Shown here piece after piece: positions 53,850 through 63,985 of a stretch of 64,000 bases of DNA (positions within the stretch are counted from its first letter, which is position 1; every line of letters begins with the position of its first letter). The notes beneath the pieces were generated by a model. That model worked only from the letters and a program-made list of their open reading frames with translations. It did no database searches and was not told where the DNA came from. This stretch comes from Escherichia phage alia. Location of the stretch: the sequence record NC_052655.1. One strand, given 5' to 3'. Both the position numbers and the translations under genes were made by a program.

Positions 53850-54934
53850 TAGAAGTCTAACTCCTCGTCATCACTTACATCTTTATTTGCTGAATTCAGT
53901 TTGTAAGCTGTAATTTGGATCTCTTGTGCTGCTGCTTGAATTTGGTCTGGATTTAACCAAACATCCATCCAAGGCAGTGGACTTTTCTTCGGTGCACGGA
54001 ATTTGTGTTTCATTTTCAGTCTGCGATAGATAGGCGCAGCATTGAAGTAAACCCAAAGTTTGAACAACTCTGCGTTACCACCAACGATAATCCTTCCTTC
54101 ACTAAACAGATAGTCACACCAATCTTCCTCTTGTCCAACTACCGTGTCAAGAATTTCTGTCAGAACGTCGATATTATCTTCGTATACTTTTCTCCAGACA
54201 GGATCTTTCAGCAGTGCATCAATAATAGCATAATCCATTTTAACGTGCAATAGTTCATCCAACATAATTTTTTGAATGAGTTTAGCTGCACCTACAAACA
54301 GTTGCTGCTCTGCTAAGGCAAATGTTGCAGCAAAAGATGATATGAATTGAATGCCTTCCAGACCGATAAGTGCAATCATTCCTTTCAGAATCAGTAGACG
54401 AAGGTTATCATCCTTCTCAATCAGACCTAGAGCATATTTATGTCCTGCCTCTGCCAGATCACTCATTATCTCTTCAACTATACCCATCCTCTGGAAGATT
54501 CTTTCGTTCTCCATAATCTGATCGATAACTTCATTTGGATTAGGGATACACTGACGAATAATTTCAGAATATGTCAAAGCGTGTAAAACTTCCATTTCTG
54601 ATTGCTTCATCATCATTGCACATGCTTCGTTGTTGCTTAAAAATGGTGCAAACAAAGTGATGATTGATTTAGCAAGTGAATCATTTTCCCATTGGAAGGA
54701 TAGGTTTTTGATCATAACATCATAGTTGCTTTTAGAACAAGCTACGAAATCTTTTCGTGTCTGATCTAAGTTTACTTCGTTTTCATCCCAATCTTGCTGT
54801 TTTTGTAGTTTGTACAGACGATGCATTTCTGGGTATGTTACATTAATAGAATCAAAAATACCTAACTGTTCTCCCAAAAATACAGGATAGAAACCTTCTT
54901 TGTAAGTGTCGTTGTATAAATTAATCGCTGCCAT
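53849..54934 (-). CDS. nrdB: ribonucleotide reductase small (beta) subunit, class I
   Basis: 361 aa ferritin-like protein downstream of nrdA; di-iron ligand-type E/H spacing. Confidence 0.8.
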   Translation of the reverse strand: MAAINLYNDTYKEGFYPVFLGEQLGIFDSINVTYPEMHRLYKLQKQQDWDENEVNLDQTRKDFVACSKSNYDVMIKNLSFQWENDSLAKSIITLFAPFLSNNEACAMMMKQSEMEVLHALTYSEIIRQCIPNPNEVIDQIMENERIFQRMGIVEEIMSDLAEAGHKYALGLIEKDDNLRLLILKGMIALIGLEGIQFISSFAATFALAEQQLFVGAAKLIQKIMLDELLHVKMDYAIIDALLKDPVWRKVYEDNIDVLTEILDTVVGQEEDWCDYLFSEGRIIVGGNAELFKLWVYFNAAPIYRRLKMKHKFRAPKKSPLPWMDVWLNPDQIQAAAQEIQITAYKLNSANKDVSDDEELDF

Positions 54935-55256
54935 TTAAATCCTCCACAATATCACACATTGCTTTTATTGTATCAATGTGTTTTCTCTCCATACCATTCT
55001 CTATGTAAGCCTTCTCTAATGCGTTCCATACACTCTTTGTGAGTAGTACAGTAACCTCTCCATCATATCTTGCCCTGGTTAAAGCATACCAGGTAGCTTC
55101 TGGATCATTGGAAGCCCATATTTCAACACTGGAAAATTGAAAACCTGCAATATGATGACAACACCAATCGAATGTAAAATCTTTACTATCTACCAGTGTA
55201 TAATTGCCCCAACGCCTTTGTGGTGTTGCCCCAGGTAATACAACTAATGTAGGCAT
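54921..55256 (-). CDS. hypothetical protein between nrdA and nrdB
   Basis: Track ORF trimmed to Met15 with AAGGAGG RBS. Confidence 0.5.
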   Translation of the reverse strand: MPTLVVLPGATPQRRWGNYTLVDSKDFTFDWCCHHIAGFQFSSVEIWASNDPEATWYALTRARYDGEVTVLLTKSVWNALEKAYIENGMERKHIDTIKAMCDIVEDLNGSD

Positions 55257-55267
55257 ATTCCTCCTTA

Positions 55268-55290
55268 AGAAATGGGGGACAAAGCCCCCT
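55268..55290 (-). terminator. rho-independent terminator or attenuator (leftward)
   Basis: GGGGGCTTTGTCCCCC then ATTTCTT on minus strand. Confidence 0.45.
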
Positions 55291-55297
55291 AGCTTCA

Positions 55298-57559
55298 TTA
55301 CATCTTACAAGCCTCACAACCGGATTCTTCATCCTCTTGAGCGAGTGAGGTTGCTGATTTTGTTCGACTATTTAGATAGTACAAAGATTTACCACCAAGT
55401 TTTGCAAACTGAAGGATATATTGCATTTCTGATTTAATGGATAAACGACCACCTTCCATCTTAGAATAGTCAATCCACTTGTCACATGATGCACCTTGAT
55501 CTAAGAATTTAGTCAACAGTCCATATGCTTCAGCCATATCTTTATCTGGCGTATCCCAAGCCGATTGGTAAATATCTTTTAGTTTATCGTAATCTGGCAC
55601 AATAAACAAGACATTACCTTTTTGGCTTTGTTTATAAACTATAGTATCACGTACAGGATACACAGAGTTAGTCGTATTACTTACAAGACTACTGGACTCA
55701 TTCGGAGCAATAGCTGCTAATACACTATTTCGGATACCACCTTGTGCAATTATATCTTGTCGTAAACCTTCCCAATCCATTTTAAGTTTAAAATTGCCAA
55801 TATCGTCTACAGCTTTAGCGTAGGTATCAATAGGCAACCATCCTTCAGGCCATTTGGTTTTATGCATCCATTCTGCATTACCTTTCTCTTTTGCCAAACG
55901 AAGAGAAGCTCTTGCTAACCAGTAATAATGTCTTTCTGCTAATTCGTGAATTAGTTTTTTGCCGTAAGGATCTGAATAAGTAACAAAATTACTTGCCAGA
56001 TAATGTGCCAGGTTTGTAATACCTACACCGATAGACCTACGTGCTTTAGCAGTGATTTCGTTATGTTTGAACGGATACTGCATTGTTTCAATAACATTAT
56101 CAATAGTTAGAACGGTATAATATGCAACATCTTCATATTCTTCTGGTGTAACACGACCAGCTACAATAGAAGACAGGAAGCATAATGCCAATTCTTGATC
56201 TTCTGTATTCTCACCTGTGAAAAGATCAGTCATACTGTGAAATGCTTTCGTAGGTAAGAAAATTTCTTGGCACAAGTTTGACTGATAAATAACATCCTTA
56301 AACGGAGTATGCTTATTAGCATTATCCGCAAAGAACATATAAATACGTCCTGTCTCTGCTCTTTGTGTAATAATTTCTGCCAGAAGATCTCGTGCTTTTA
56401 CAAACTTCTTCTTAATTCGTTTGCGACTAACTTTTTCATATACTTCTTCAAACTCTTCCTCGCTTTTATAAAGCGCCTCATAGAGTTCTGGTGCTTCGTC
56501 ATAACTGACTAGCATCCAATCTTTGCCTTTTGCTGCACGGCGCAGGAAAGCATTGTTTACTACAATAGAGTAATCAAGTTTATCTACTCGTTTTTCACTA
56601 ACAGTAGTTGGGTTTTTCAAACGTACCAGATCTTCAAAATCAGGTTCTAATATTGTAAACGTTACTGTTGCACTTCCACCACGACTTGCTTGTTTTGATG
56701 CTCCAACACTTGTTTCCATCCATTTCAGATATGGTAAAAGACCACCGTGAACGATACGGTTGTTCTTAACACCTTGTCCTGTAGCACGGGTTTGTAGGTT
56801 AACACCAATACCTGCATTATTCAAGGTATATTCATGAGCAAGATAGTTAGCAATTGCTAAAGATTCTGCTGTATCATCTGCTCTAAACAGACAACAAGAA
56901 GCACTACCTTTAATCTTAGTACGCAAAGTTGTTAAATAAGGTGATGGTAAATTAATCTTAAGATCACTTACGTAGGTATATAGACGTTTAATGTCTTCTA
57001 CTCTGCGATCTTTTGGTTGGATTTCCATTACCTTCATTGCTACACCAATGAATAAAAACTGTGGTGATTCAAAAACCACATCATTGATCGCATCTTTCAC
57101 AAGATACTTATCAACCATCTGACGCAGTACGGAATAACCATAAGTTAGGTTTTTATCATGATTGATAATTTTACCAATCTCAATAATTTCTTCTTCTGTA
57201 TAATCCATTTTCCCCCAATAGCCTTTACTTACAGACATATTGTAGAAATCCAGGAGGGAGGGGATATTGTGATATCCCCCATGAGCCTGTTTATAGATCA
57301 TACCAAGAAGTAACCGACCTGCCATATCACTATATGCCTGATCTTTCTTATCAATACATGCTGCTATCATAGCTTTATGTAAATCACGAGTAGGCACACC
57401 GTCGTAACAACGTTTAACAGCTTCGAGTTCTATTTCAGACCAATTTAATTTACCAGCAGCAAACTCTGACCATTTACGAAGTTTTTCTGGATTAAATTCT
57501 TCTTTCTTGCCGTTTGTTTTTGTTACATAACGGATAGATTTGCTTAGATACTGAGTCAC
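55298..57559 (-). CDS. nrdA: ribonucleotide reductase large (alpha) subunit, class Ia
   Basis: 753 aa; N-terminal ATP-cone-like region, catalytic-core Cys/Asn/Glu pattern, C-terminal Cys pair (CEAC). Confidence 0.85.
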   Translation of the reverse strand: MTQYLSKSIRYVTKTNGKKEEFNPEKLRKWSEFAAGKLNWSEIELEAVKRCYDGVPTRDLHKAMIAACIDKKDQAYSDMAGRLLLGMIYKQAHGGYHNIPSLLDFYNMSVSKGYWGKMDYTEEEIIEIGKIINHDKNLTYGYSVLRQMVDKYLVKDAINDVVFESPQFLFIGVAMKVMEIQPKDRRVEDIKRLYTYVSDLKINLPSPYLTTLRTKIKGSASCCLFRADDTAESLAIANYLAHEYTLNNAGIGVNLQTRATGQGVKNNRIVHGGLLPYLKWMETSVGASKQASRGGSATVTFTILEPDFEDLVRLKNPTTVSEKRVDKLDYSIVVNNAFLRRAAKGKDWMLVSYDEAPELYEALYKSEEEFEEVYEKVSRKRIKKKFVKARDLLAEIITQRAETGRIYMFFADNANKHTPFKDVIYQSNLCQEIFLPTKAFHSMTDLFTGENTEDQELALCFLSSIVAGRVTPEEYEDVAYYTVLTIDNVIETMQYPFKHNEITAKARRSIGVGITNLAHYLASNFVTYSDPYGKKLIHELAERHYYWLARASLRLAKEKGNAEWMHKTKWPEGWLPIDTYAKAVDDIGNFKLKMDWEGLRQDIIAQGGIRNSVLAAIAPNESSSLVSNTTNSVYPVRDTIVYKQSQKGNVLFIVPDYDKLKDIYQSAWDTPDKDMAEAYGLLTKFLDQGASCDKWIDYSKMEGGRLSIKSEMQYILQFAKLGGKSLYYLNSRTKSATSLAQEDEESGCEACKM

Positions 57560-57570
57560 TTCCTCTCCTA

Positions 57571-57819
57571 TTAATTGTGCATGTTTAGAACATCTACATC
57601 ATAACCGCCACGCATCTCATTATATAAGCCATTTGCGTATAGAAAACCTTCAAAATGATCTATACCTTCAAAACCTTTTGCCTTTGCTTTGCGGTCTGCT
57701 TCTTGTCTTTTTGGGGATAATCTTTTAGATGTATCAAGGATAACTGTTACATTGCAACCTAATGTTTCATCAAAATAGACTTCAATTTCACAGCCTTCAT
57801 ATTTATTACTTTCTGTCAT
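57571..57819 (-). CDS. hypothetical small protein
   Basis: Track ORF trimmed to Met5 with GAGAGG RBS. Confidence 0.45.
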   Translation of the reverse strand: MTESNKYEGCEIEVYFDETLGCNVTVILDTSKRLSPKRQEADRKAKAKGFEGIDHFEGFLYANGLYNEMRGGYDVDVLNMHN

Positions 57820-57831
57820 TTGGCCTCTCAA

Positions 57832-58242
57832 TTAGAATTCAGAATCATCATCTCGTGATGGATCATGTTCATTTCCGAAGTCTTCCATTTTGATATGAGA
57901 GCTACCCCAACCTGTAAAATCTTCTTCTCCAAAGTGCAAAATATCTACACCTTGATAGATTCGCTTATATTTATAGTCTTGTCGAACTGGGAAAGTATAC
58001 AATGTAGTATTTGCAAACACCACACGTCGATTATTGTTACTACGAATATTAACACCACGTTCTACTGTATAATGTCCATCGGTAGACATACCAAGCATTA
58101 CTAATGCTGCTCGCAATGTAGTGTTATGATACTCGTGAGGAATTTTTCCTCCGTGCTTTTTAGCCATTTCTTTCCAGATCGGTGTAGCCTTAATGGTAGA
58201 CATACTTACGGTCGCCCAAATGGTTGTATTAATTAGTGACAT
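57832..58242 (-). CDS. hypothetical protein
   Basis: Track ORF 136 aa; AAGGAGAA RBS. Confidence 0.5.
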   Translation of the reverse strand: MSLINTTIWATVSMSTIKATPIWKEMAKKHGGKIPHEYHNTTLRAALVMLGMSTDGHYTVERGVNIRSNNNRRVVFANTTLYTFPVRQDYKYKRIYQGVDILHFGEEDFTGWGSSHIKMEDFGNEHDPSRDDDSEF

Positions 58243-58339
58243 AAATTCTCCTTCTCTCTTTTAAGGAGAGCATAGCTCTCCTAACGTTAGCCTATACTAC
58301 ACGAATCTCAATTAAAAGTCAACTATAATTTTAAGTTGA

Positions 58340-59311
58340 TTACCATTTTGTATGGTTAGTCAAAAGTTGACGATGTTGAATCCAACCACAGAAGTTTCCA
58401 CTCCACAAACGATGTTTACGATCCATATGTGTAATACCTTCTTCCCAAGAAGTAGGGAACGGAGGAATATTAATACCACCTTTCTGTTGTTTTAATCCTG
58501 ACAAATCCATTTCTTTCATTGGCGTTGCCTGGTGTTCAAACGGAGATGCATGTACCTTTTGTCCAGACAGCAAACGAGAATAGATATCCAATGCTTTATC
58601 TTTAGTATCATTCAATTTACGATAACTTACCTGAGCGCAACAAGAAGCTGAAATAGCTTTTGCTTCCTCTTCTGTCAACATTTTCTCGTTGGAGAAGGTT
58701 TCACCTAAGAAATAACGGATCATACCAGTTTCTGGATCTCGATCACGATTAACGTAAGGTGTATGCCATTCCCCTGGGAAAAGAAGATATGGTTCAGAAG
58801 ATTCATACAGTTTTTTAATTTCTTTAGCAAGAGCCTCAATAGTAGGATCTGCATCAGCATCTACGCGCAACCACAAGAAGTTTTCTAGCTCTGTAGCGGT
58901 GACTACAGTCTTCATACGCTGGAATGGTTCTAGTAGGCGGTTTGCAACCTGTTTATGATAACCAGCAAGGGCAAACTCTTCTGCAAAACGTGCAGCACTT
59001 AGTGCAGCCAAGTCCCACCATTCTTTTGCAGTGTAACCTGCATCAATCAGGGCATCGTGATCTGTGCCTTTATCTTGCATACCTGGTTGGTTAGCACCAA
59101 AACGATAAGGACGTGCTGGAGATTGCCGTACCATTTCAATTAGAGTTTTAACAGGGATAGCTCGACTTGATGCAGCATTACGAGAAAACAAACGATGCGT
59201 CATCAATTCAGAGTGAATGATTCGGGGATATTCAAGTTCAAAGGTAACAATATCCTTACCTTCAGATGTTTGAGAGTGTGCAATAATTTTTGCTGAAATA
59301 GAGTTTGTCAT
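58340..59311 (-). CDS. thyX: flavin-dependent thymidylate synthase (ThyX-like)
   Basis: ThyX-type motif region FELEYPRIIHSELMTHRLFSRNAASSRA; longer than typical ThyX. Confidence 0.6.
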   Translation of the reverse strand: MTNSISAKIIAHSQTSEGKDIVTFELEYPRIIHSELMTHRLFSRNAASSRAIPVKTLIEMVRQSPARPYRFGANQPGMQDKGTDHDALIDAGYTAKEWWDLAALSAARFAEEFALAGYHKQVANRLLEPFQRMKTVVTATELENFLWLRVDADADPTIEALAKEIKKLYESSEPYLLFPGEWHTPYVNRDRDPETGMIRYFLGETFSNEKMLTEEEAKAISASCCAQVSYRKLNDTKDKALDIYSRLLSGQKVHASPFEHQATPMKEMDLSGLKQQKGGINIPPFPTSWEEGITHMDRKHRLWSGNFCGWIQHRQLLTNHTKW

Positions 59312-59320
59312 TATTTCTCC

Positions 59321-59911
59321 TTAAGGTAGTAAAATACTTTCAATTTCTTCCCACTGATTATCTAAACCAGTGATAATTACATTAGGAAGTTTCTTTAACT
59401 CTTCCAAGTATGGATCTTCGTAAATAGTGTTGAAATATATTTTCAACGTTTCATCTGGAAATAGGACAAGATTTTCAGCCCTATCGTCAATAGTTACGTC
59501 GCAAGGTAATAAGTATTTTTCTTTTGTTGCGAAAAAGCCATTACCAGATGTTCTACTAAAGTCCACTTTATCTAAAGATCGTGTTACGTGTCTATATTTA
59601 GAACTAAGGTGTCCACCCTTAGTGTGGCTTGCTATAGATATATTAGCTCCATTTGCAATTATACGATGAACAACATCTGTACTATTAGGTACTACTCCCA
59701 TAGTATCATATAGATGTTGGTTATCCCAAAAAGAGTAAGGATCTACACCAAATTGCTTTTTAAAATCAGGAAAATATTTCGTAATATCATAATGCACAGT
59801 CTTTTGTGCCTTATCAAACTTGATATTAGATCTACTTACCGCATTTAACCAACTCAACCATTCTATATCGGCAGGAGCTATTACTAAATCCCAATCACAT
59901 ACTAGACGCAT
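59321..59911 (-). CDS. putative HAD-like 5-prime deoxyribonucleotidase
   Basis: Track ORF trimmed to Met39 with AGGAGAAATA RBS; CDWDLVIAPAD resembles DxD motif; tentative. Confidence 0.4.
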   Translation of the reverse strand: MRLVCDWDLVIAPADIEWLSWLNAVSRSNIKFDKAQKTVHYDITKYFPDFKKQFGVDPYSFWDNQHLYDTMGVVPNSTDVVHRIIANGANISIASHTKGGHLSSKYRHVTRSLDKVDFSRTSGNGFFATKEKYLLPCDVTIDDRAENLVLFPDETLKIYFNTIYEDPYLEELKKLPNVIITGLDNQWEEIESILLP

Positions 59912-60458
59912 TATTTCTCCTGTTATAACATTTTCTACACATTGTTTCGTAAATGTCTTCTCCTCCAATAACAATCTGTTCTTTAGAGTCGATAAGTCTA
60001 GCATTGAAAATAGCTTTTCTTCCACATTTACAAATGCTTTTCAATTCTGTAATTGAATCTGCTATGGCTAATAACCGTTCAGAACCTTCAAACAATTCTG
60101 TAGCAAAATCTGTTTTAAGCCCATAACAGAATACAGGAATATCGTAATTATCTACCACATCTCCAAGAATGTCAACCATATCTTTAGTTAGGAATTGTGA
60201 TTCGTCCACAAATACTGCATCTACTGGATTTTCTTTAAGCTGTGTATAAATTTCCAGCATATCTTCTTTTGTTTTAACTGGTTTTGCTTCCTCTTTAATA
60301 CCTATCCTAGAAGCAATAGCACAACCAGATCTGGTATCTAAAGCTGAAGTTAAAAGAAGAACTTTCATATTTCTTTCTTTATAGTTCCAAGCTGTTTGTA
60401 GCAGATGTGTGCTTTTACCACTGTTCATCGGACTATATCGGAAATAAAGTTTAGCCAT
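59895..60458 (-). CDS. tdk: thymidine kinase
   Basis: P-loop SPMNSGKST, VFVDESQF, C-terminal zinc-binding Cys pairs. Confidence 0.85.
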   Translation of the reverse strand: MAKLYFRYSPMNSGKSTHLLQTAWNYKERNMKVLLLTSALDTRSGCAIASRIGIKEEAKPVKTKEDMLEIYTQLKENPVDAVFVDESQFLTKDMVDILGDVVDNYDIPVFCYGLKTDFATELFEGSERLLAIADSITELKSICKCGRKAIFNARLIDSKEQIVIGGEDIYETMCRKCYNRRNNASSM

Positions 60459-60503
60459 ATTTTCTCCTCTAACGCTCCCATTTGTGGGAGCGATAATACT
60501 TTA

Positions 60504-61079
60504 TTATTTCTCTTCGTCAAGAAGAATTTTTACTATTTGTTTTCTTCGCTTACTTACTGTACTTTCTGGTGAAATTCCGCGCTTCGTTAGCCAATTTTTA
60601 TCCTTTTTAGACTGGCATAAAGCTATCGCTTCCTTCTCCGCTTTTGCTTCCCTGAATGTCATATCGTGCTTGTCAGCATAAGCCAGGATAGCGTTACACT
60701 GCTTACAAACTACACGCAGGTCGTCTTCTGTTACATACAATAGGCGTAAAACAAAACTTGGGATATCTTCATAACAGGTTAATGTACCTGCTGCATTGAT
60801 ATGGTCTACTTGAAAGTCTTTCATACCTCCTGTGTGTCCACACAATTCACACTTACAATTCCAAACCTGTTTCGGTTTGCCTGTTTTCTTATCTAAAACT
60901 ACATTGCCATCTTTGTCCAACCTATCGGCTTTAAATCGTACAGATTGGATCTTTTTTATCTTATTCGGGTGTCTCACCCATGCTTTCCTTAAGCAACCCC
61001 TTAAATATGTATAAAAGGCTGCTTGAGTTTTCCAAGGTGTTCCATCTCCCCAAATAACTTTAGGTTCTTTATTTTCCAA
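60504..61079 (-). CDS. HNH endonuclease
   Basis: CKCELCGH..DHINAAG..CKQCN pattern. Confidence 0.6.
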   Translation of the reverse strand: MENKEPKVIWGDGTPWKTQAAFYTYLRGCLRKAWVRHPNKIKKIQSVRFKADRLDKDGNVVLDKKTGKPKQVWNCKCELCGHTGGMKDFQVDHINAAGTLTCYEDIPSFVLRLLYVTEDDLRVVCKQCNAILAYADKHDMTFREAKAEKEAIALCQSKKDKNWLTKRGISPESTVSKRRKQIVKILLDEEK

Positions 61080-61263
61080 TAGTGCTCACCTTTTTAGCTA
61101 CATAATCTCCAGGTGGGATGTTATATTTAAAGAAAAGCATACGGTCTAAACCAGCCTTACACATGTTTTCTGGGATTGTGATTGTATATAGGAGTTTATC
61201 TCCACGTTTATTGTATATTTTATATACTTCACCCTCTCCGTATTGTTTACCGTGAGAAGCCAT
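61069..61263 (-). CDS. hypothetical small protein
   Basis: Track ORF 64 aa. Confidence 0.45.
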   Translation of the reverse strand: MASHGKQYGEGEVYKIYNKRGDKLLYTITIPENMCKAGLDRMLFFKYNIPPGDYVAKKVSTIGK

Positions 61264-61648
61264 CTACACTCTCCTTCAATTGTTCAATAGCATCTGCTGC
61301 TTCAATGTACTTACCTTTATACATTGCTTTTAAAGCCTTACGAACAAGATCATCGTCTGTGTATAAATCAATTAGCTGATTAGCTAACTCAATTTTTACA
61401 GGGTTTTTTAGATTAGGGTAGGCTTCATACAACATATTGTAATACTTATCACTTAATTCTTTTTCAATATGAATAACGTGAATCGCTTTGTTTAGGTTGA
61501 TCACACGATCACCTTTGTTTCGACAAGCATACTTAGCTAACTTAGTGAAACAAGGAGTTGCACCAATTAGATATGCAAGTTCCAGAGGTTGCATACGCAT
61601 ACGTTTGTAGTGATCACCATCAATTTGAATATCCAGTGCTGTAGTCAT
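61247..61648 (-). CDS. hypothetical protein, possibly DUF3310-like
   Basis: DGDHYKR..MQPLE..KY..R.KG pattern, recalled from memory. Confidence 0.45.
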   Translation of the reverse strand: MTTALDIQIDGDHYKRMRMQPLELAYLIGATPCFTKLAKYACRNKGDRVINLNKAIHVIHIEKELSDKYYNMLYEAYPNLKNPVKIELANQLIDLYTDDDLVRKALKAMYKGKYIEAADAIEQLKESVDGFSR

Positions 61649-61663
61649 AAATCCTCCAAAAAT

Positions 61664-61690
61664 AAAGGGGCTTTCGCCCCTTTTTATTAA
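61664..61690 (-). terminator. rho-independent terminator (leftward)
   Basis: AAAAAGGGGCGAAAGCCCCTTTATTTTT on minus strand. Confidence 0.6.
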
Positions 61691-62649
61691 ATTCCAATAA
61701 CAGTATTTACACGCTTCTCTTTGCTACGCAAATTAACACGTCCACGAGACAGGCTATTACATGATGTGCATCTTAGCACTTGGAATGTACTAACCGCTGT
61801 TGTGTAAACCTTACCAGGAACAACTTCAAGGTGCTCTTTACCGCAACGAGGACAACGAAGTTTTTCATCGTCATAGAATGCAGATACGTTAGGATGTTGT
61901 GGAATCCATGCACGAAGTTTGATGTAAAGATCTCTAAGAGAAACAACATCACCATCATTGTATGTTTGCATACGGAAGAAGGCATGTCTATCTCCTTCAC
62001 AACATGCTTTCCACAAAGGAAAACCTTCATTATCAAGTTTAAAGTTTTCTGTATCAAAATACAAACACATTTCTTTAAGCGCATTAGAAGGTAGTGCAAA
62101 CTGCTTCTTAGCTGCCTTGAGTGTATCAATTACAACATAATGTGATGGTGGCTCCATACCGTGAAAAGCAAAACGTTGGTTAATATAAGCCTTATCAAAC
62201 TTAATACCGTTGTGCGCGATCACAATATCTGCATCGTCAAGCAAGTGCCAGAGATCTTGACATAATTCCCAATCATCTGTATGATCTATGTCAAACAAAG
62301 GGTAATTACTAAGGTTCTTACCTTCTACTTCCCCTGTTTCTAAATCAGCAGATGAATAGGAAAGCAAGTAACCTCGACGAATAACTTGTTCAGGCGCAAT
62401 AAAGGCTTTGAAACGTGAGAAGCTATACACAATCTCCGGTGCTGTCTCTACGTCAATAATTTTAATTACTGGCCCACCTTTATCTTGCGGAGCACCTCGA
62501 TGTGGTGAATTTACACGAGCTAAGTAATCATTTACTGTGCTCTTCTTAGTAGAACTTCCCAACACCTCTTGTGCAATCTTACGCGAAGAATAACCTTGTG
62601 CTTTCATAGATACAATCAAGGCTTTCTGTTCGTCTGTTAATTTACTCAA
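61687..62649 (-). CDS. DEDD-family 3-prime to 5-prime exonuclease with N-terminal HTH-like domain
   Basis: Exo I IIDVET, Exo II IAHNGIKFD, Exo III YFDTE; N-terminal SSRKIAQEV helix-turn-helix-like. Confidence 0.6.
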   Translation of the reverse strand: MSKLTDEQKALIVSMKAQGYSSRKIAQEVLGSSTKKSTVNDYLARVNSPHRGAPQDKGGPVIKIIDVETAPEIVYSFSRFKAFIAPEQVIRRGYLLSYSSADLETGEVEGKNLSNYPLFDIDHTDDWELCQDLWHLLDDADIVIAHNGIKFDKAYINQRFAFHGMEPPSHYVVIDTLKAAKKQFALPSNALKEMCLYFDTENFKLDNEGFPLWKACCEGDRHAFFRMQTYNDGDVVSLRDLYIKLRAWIPQHPNVSAFYDDEKLRCPRCGKEHLEVVPGKVYTTAVSTFQVLRCTSCNSLSRGRVNLRSKEKRVNTVIGI

Positions 62650-63680
62650 TGTTCCTCCTGCTCTGAAATATATGCTTGTAGCATACTTTCAAAAGTTGTT
62701 TCATCATTCGCCCAACGTTTCATATATACCAACTGAAAAATTGTCTCTATCCATTCATCAGTTGTCATTTCTACTTCTTCACCATCCCAAGAAGTAAATT
62801 TAACGCCATCTGGGAACCATTCATAATACTGATCTTTAACTGTCTGAAAAAGTTCAGCCTGTGTTTTACATTTGGAAATAAGATTAAAGCAAGTAATATC
62901 TCCAAACTTAACATCGAAATCTTGGTAAGGTCGAATACTATCTGTCTTATCGCCCATTAGCATTTGATAAGCTAACCAGTAACTACCCCAACCCTTAACT
63001 TCTTTTTTCTTACCTTTTTCTACGATCCAGATATCACCGATAGATTCATCAATCAGAATAACACAAGGATTTTTATAAACACCATCCTCTTTATAAAAGT
63101 TAAAGAGTAAACTTGGTGTGTGTAAGCTATCTTTGTCGATAGATGCTACAATATGAGAAAACTTACCAGTTTCCTTGTAGGCTTTATACCCTGCATATCC
63201 ATAGATTTCTAAAGCATCATCTGCCTCAATACCAGTAACAACGTCACCGTTATGTTTTTCAACTAGATAATCTTTAGTATCTGATAATTGGATTGGTCTT
63301 AAATCTGATCGTTCTGATTTATATTCTTTTGGCATTTTGAAAGAATGCCGGAAGGTTTTTCCTACCCCGATGACACCGCAATACTTTTGAAGTTTTAGGT
63401 GATCCACCATCTGGGTTATTTTTGTCTTTGCAGCTTGAAACGTAAAAGAAATATTCTCTGGGACTATTTGAACATCTTTTATTTCAAAATCTTCCTTGGA
63501 GAACAACTTCTTACCAGCAGCTTCGCGTTGCGCGTTAAGTGCTCCTAACCATCCCCCAATATTTTTTGAAGATTTACCCCAAAAATCTGTTCTTGTTTCA
63601 AACTCTTTTACATTACCGGAAGCCTTGTGTACAGCGTGGATTTTTCTTTGTTCTAAAGCTGAAGATGCTTGGAACGCCAC
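62646..63680 (-). CDS. flap endonuclease / 5-prime to 3-prime exonuclease (RNase H-like)
   Basis: GIEADDALE and MGDKTDSI motifs as in phage FEN / T4 RNase H family. Confidence 0.6.
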   Translation of the reverse strand: MAFQASSALEQRKIHAVHKASGNVKEFETRTDFWGKSSKNIGGWLGALNAQREAAGKKLFSKEDFEIKDVQIVPENISFTFQAAKTKITQMVDHLKLQKYCGVIGVGKTFRHSFKMPKEYKSERSDLRPIQLSDTKDYLVEKHNGDVVTGIEADDALEIYGYAGYKAYKETGKFSHIVASIDKDSLHTPSLLFNFYKEDGVYKNPCVILIDESIGDIWIVEKGKKKEVKGWGSYWLAYQMLMGDKTDSIRPYQDFDVKFGDITCFNLISKCKTQAELFQTVKDQYYEWFPDGVKFTSWDGEEVEMTTDEWIETIFQLVYMKRWANDETTFESMLQAYISEQEEH

Positions 63681-63772
63681 TTGATCGTAGTCTATTGCAA
63701 GAATTGTGTTCTCGTCAACATATTTGTGCAGGTCTTCCGGTTGGATTAAAATGTAACCGCTAATATTACCTC

Positions 63773-63985
63773 CTATTCATCATCTGAACTCTCTGTTGAG
63801 AATGTTCGTGTGTAGGGACACTGACGACTTGCAGAAACCTCTATAACCTTGTCGTACATACCGTTAGAGTAAAAACAGTATTTTGTACTTCCAGAAACTT
63901 GTTCTCTAGAATTAATTAAAGTTATTTGACCAGCATAAGAATAAGAACTGATTACTAAAAGTAAACCGACAAGAAGTTTTTTCAT
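63773..63985 (-). CDS. small secreted protein (signal peptide)
   Basis: MKKLLVGLLLVISSYSYA signal-like N-terminus. Confidence 0.5.
   Translation of the reverse strand: MKKLLVGLLLVISSYSYAGQITLINSREQVSGSTKYCFYSNGMYDKVIEVSASRQCPYTRTFSTESSDDE

Noticed and set aside
58340-59311. ThyA-type thymidylate synthase or dCMP hydroxymethylase
   Set aside because: No ThyA-type active-site Cys-containing motif seen; the ELMTHR..SR..S segment matches the ThyX-type motif instead.
61773-62140. Track ORFs 61773-62129 (-), 61780-62094 (+) and 61958-62140 (+) inside the exonuclease gene
   Set aside because: Alternative frames overlapping a gene with clear DEDD motifs; no RBS.
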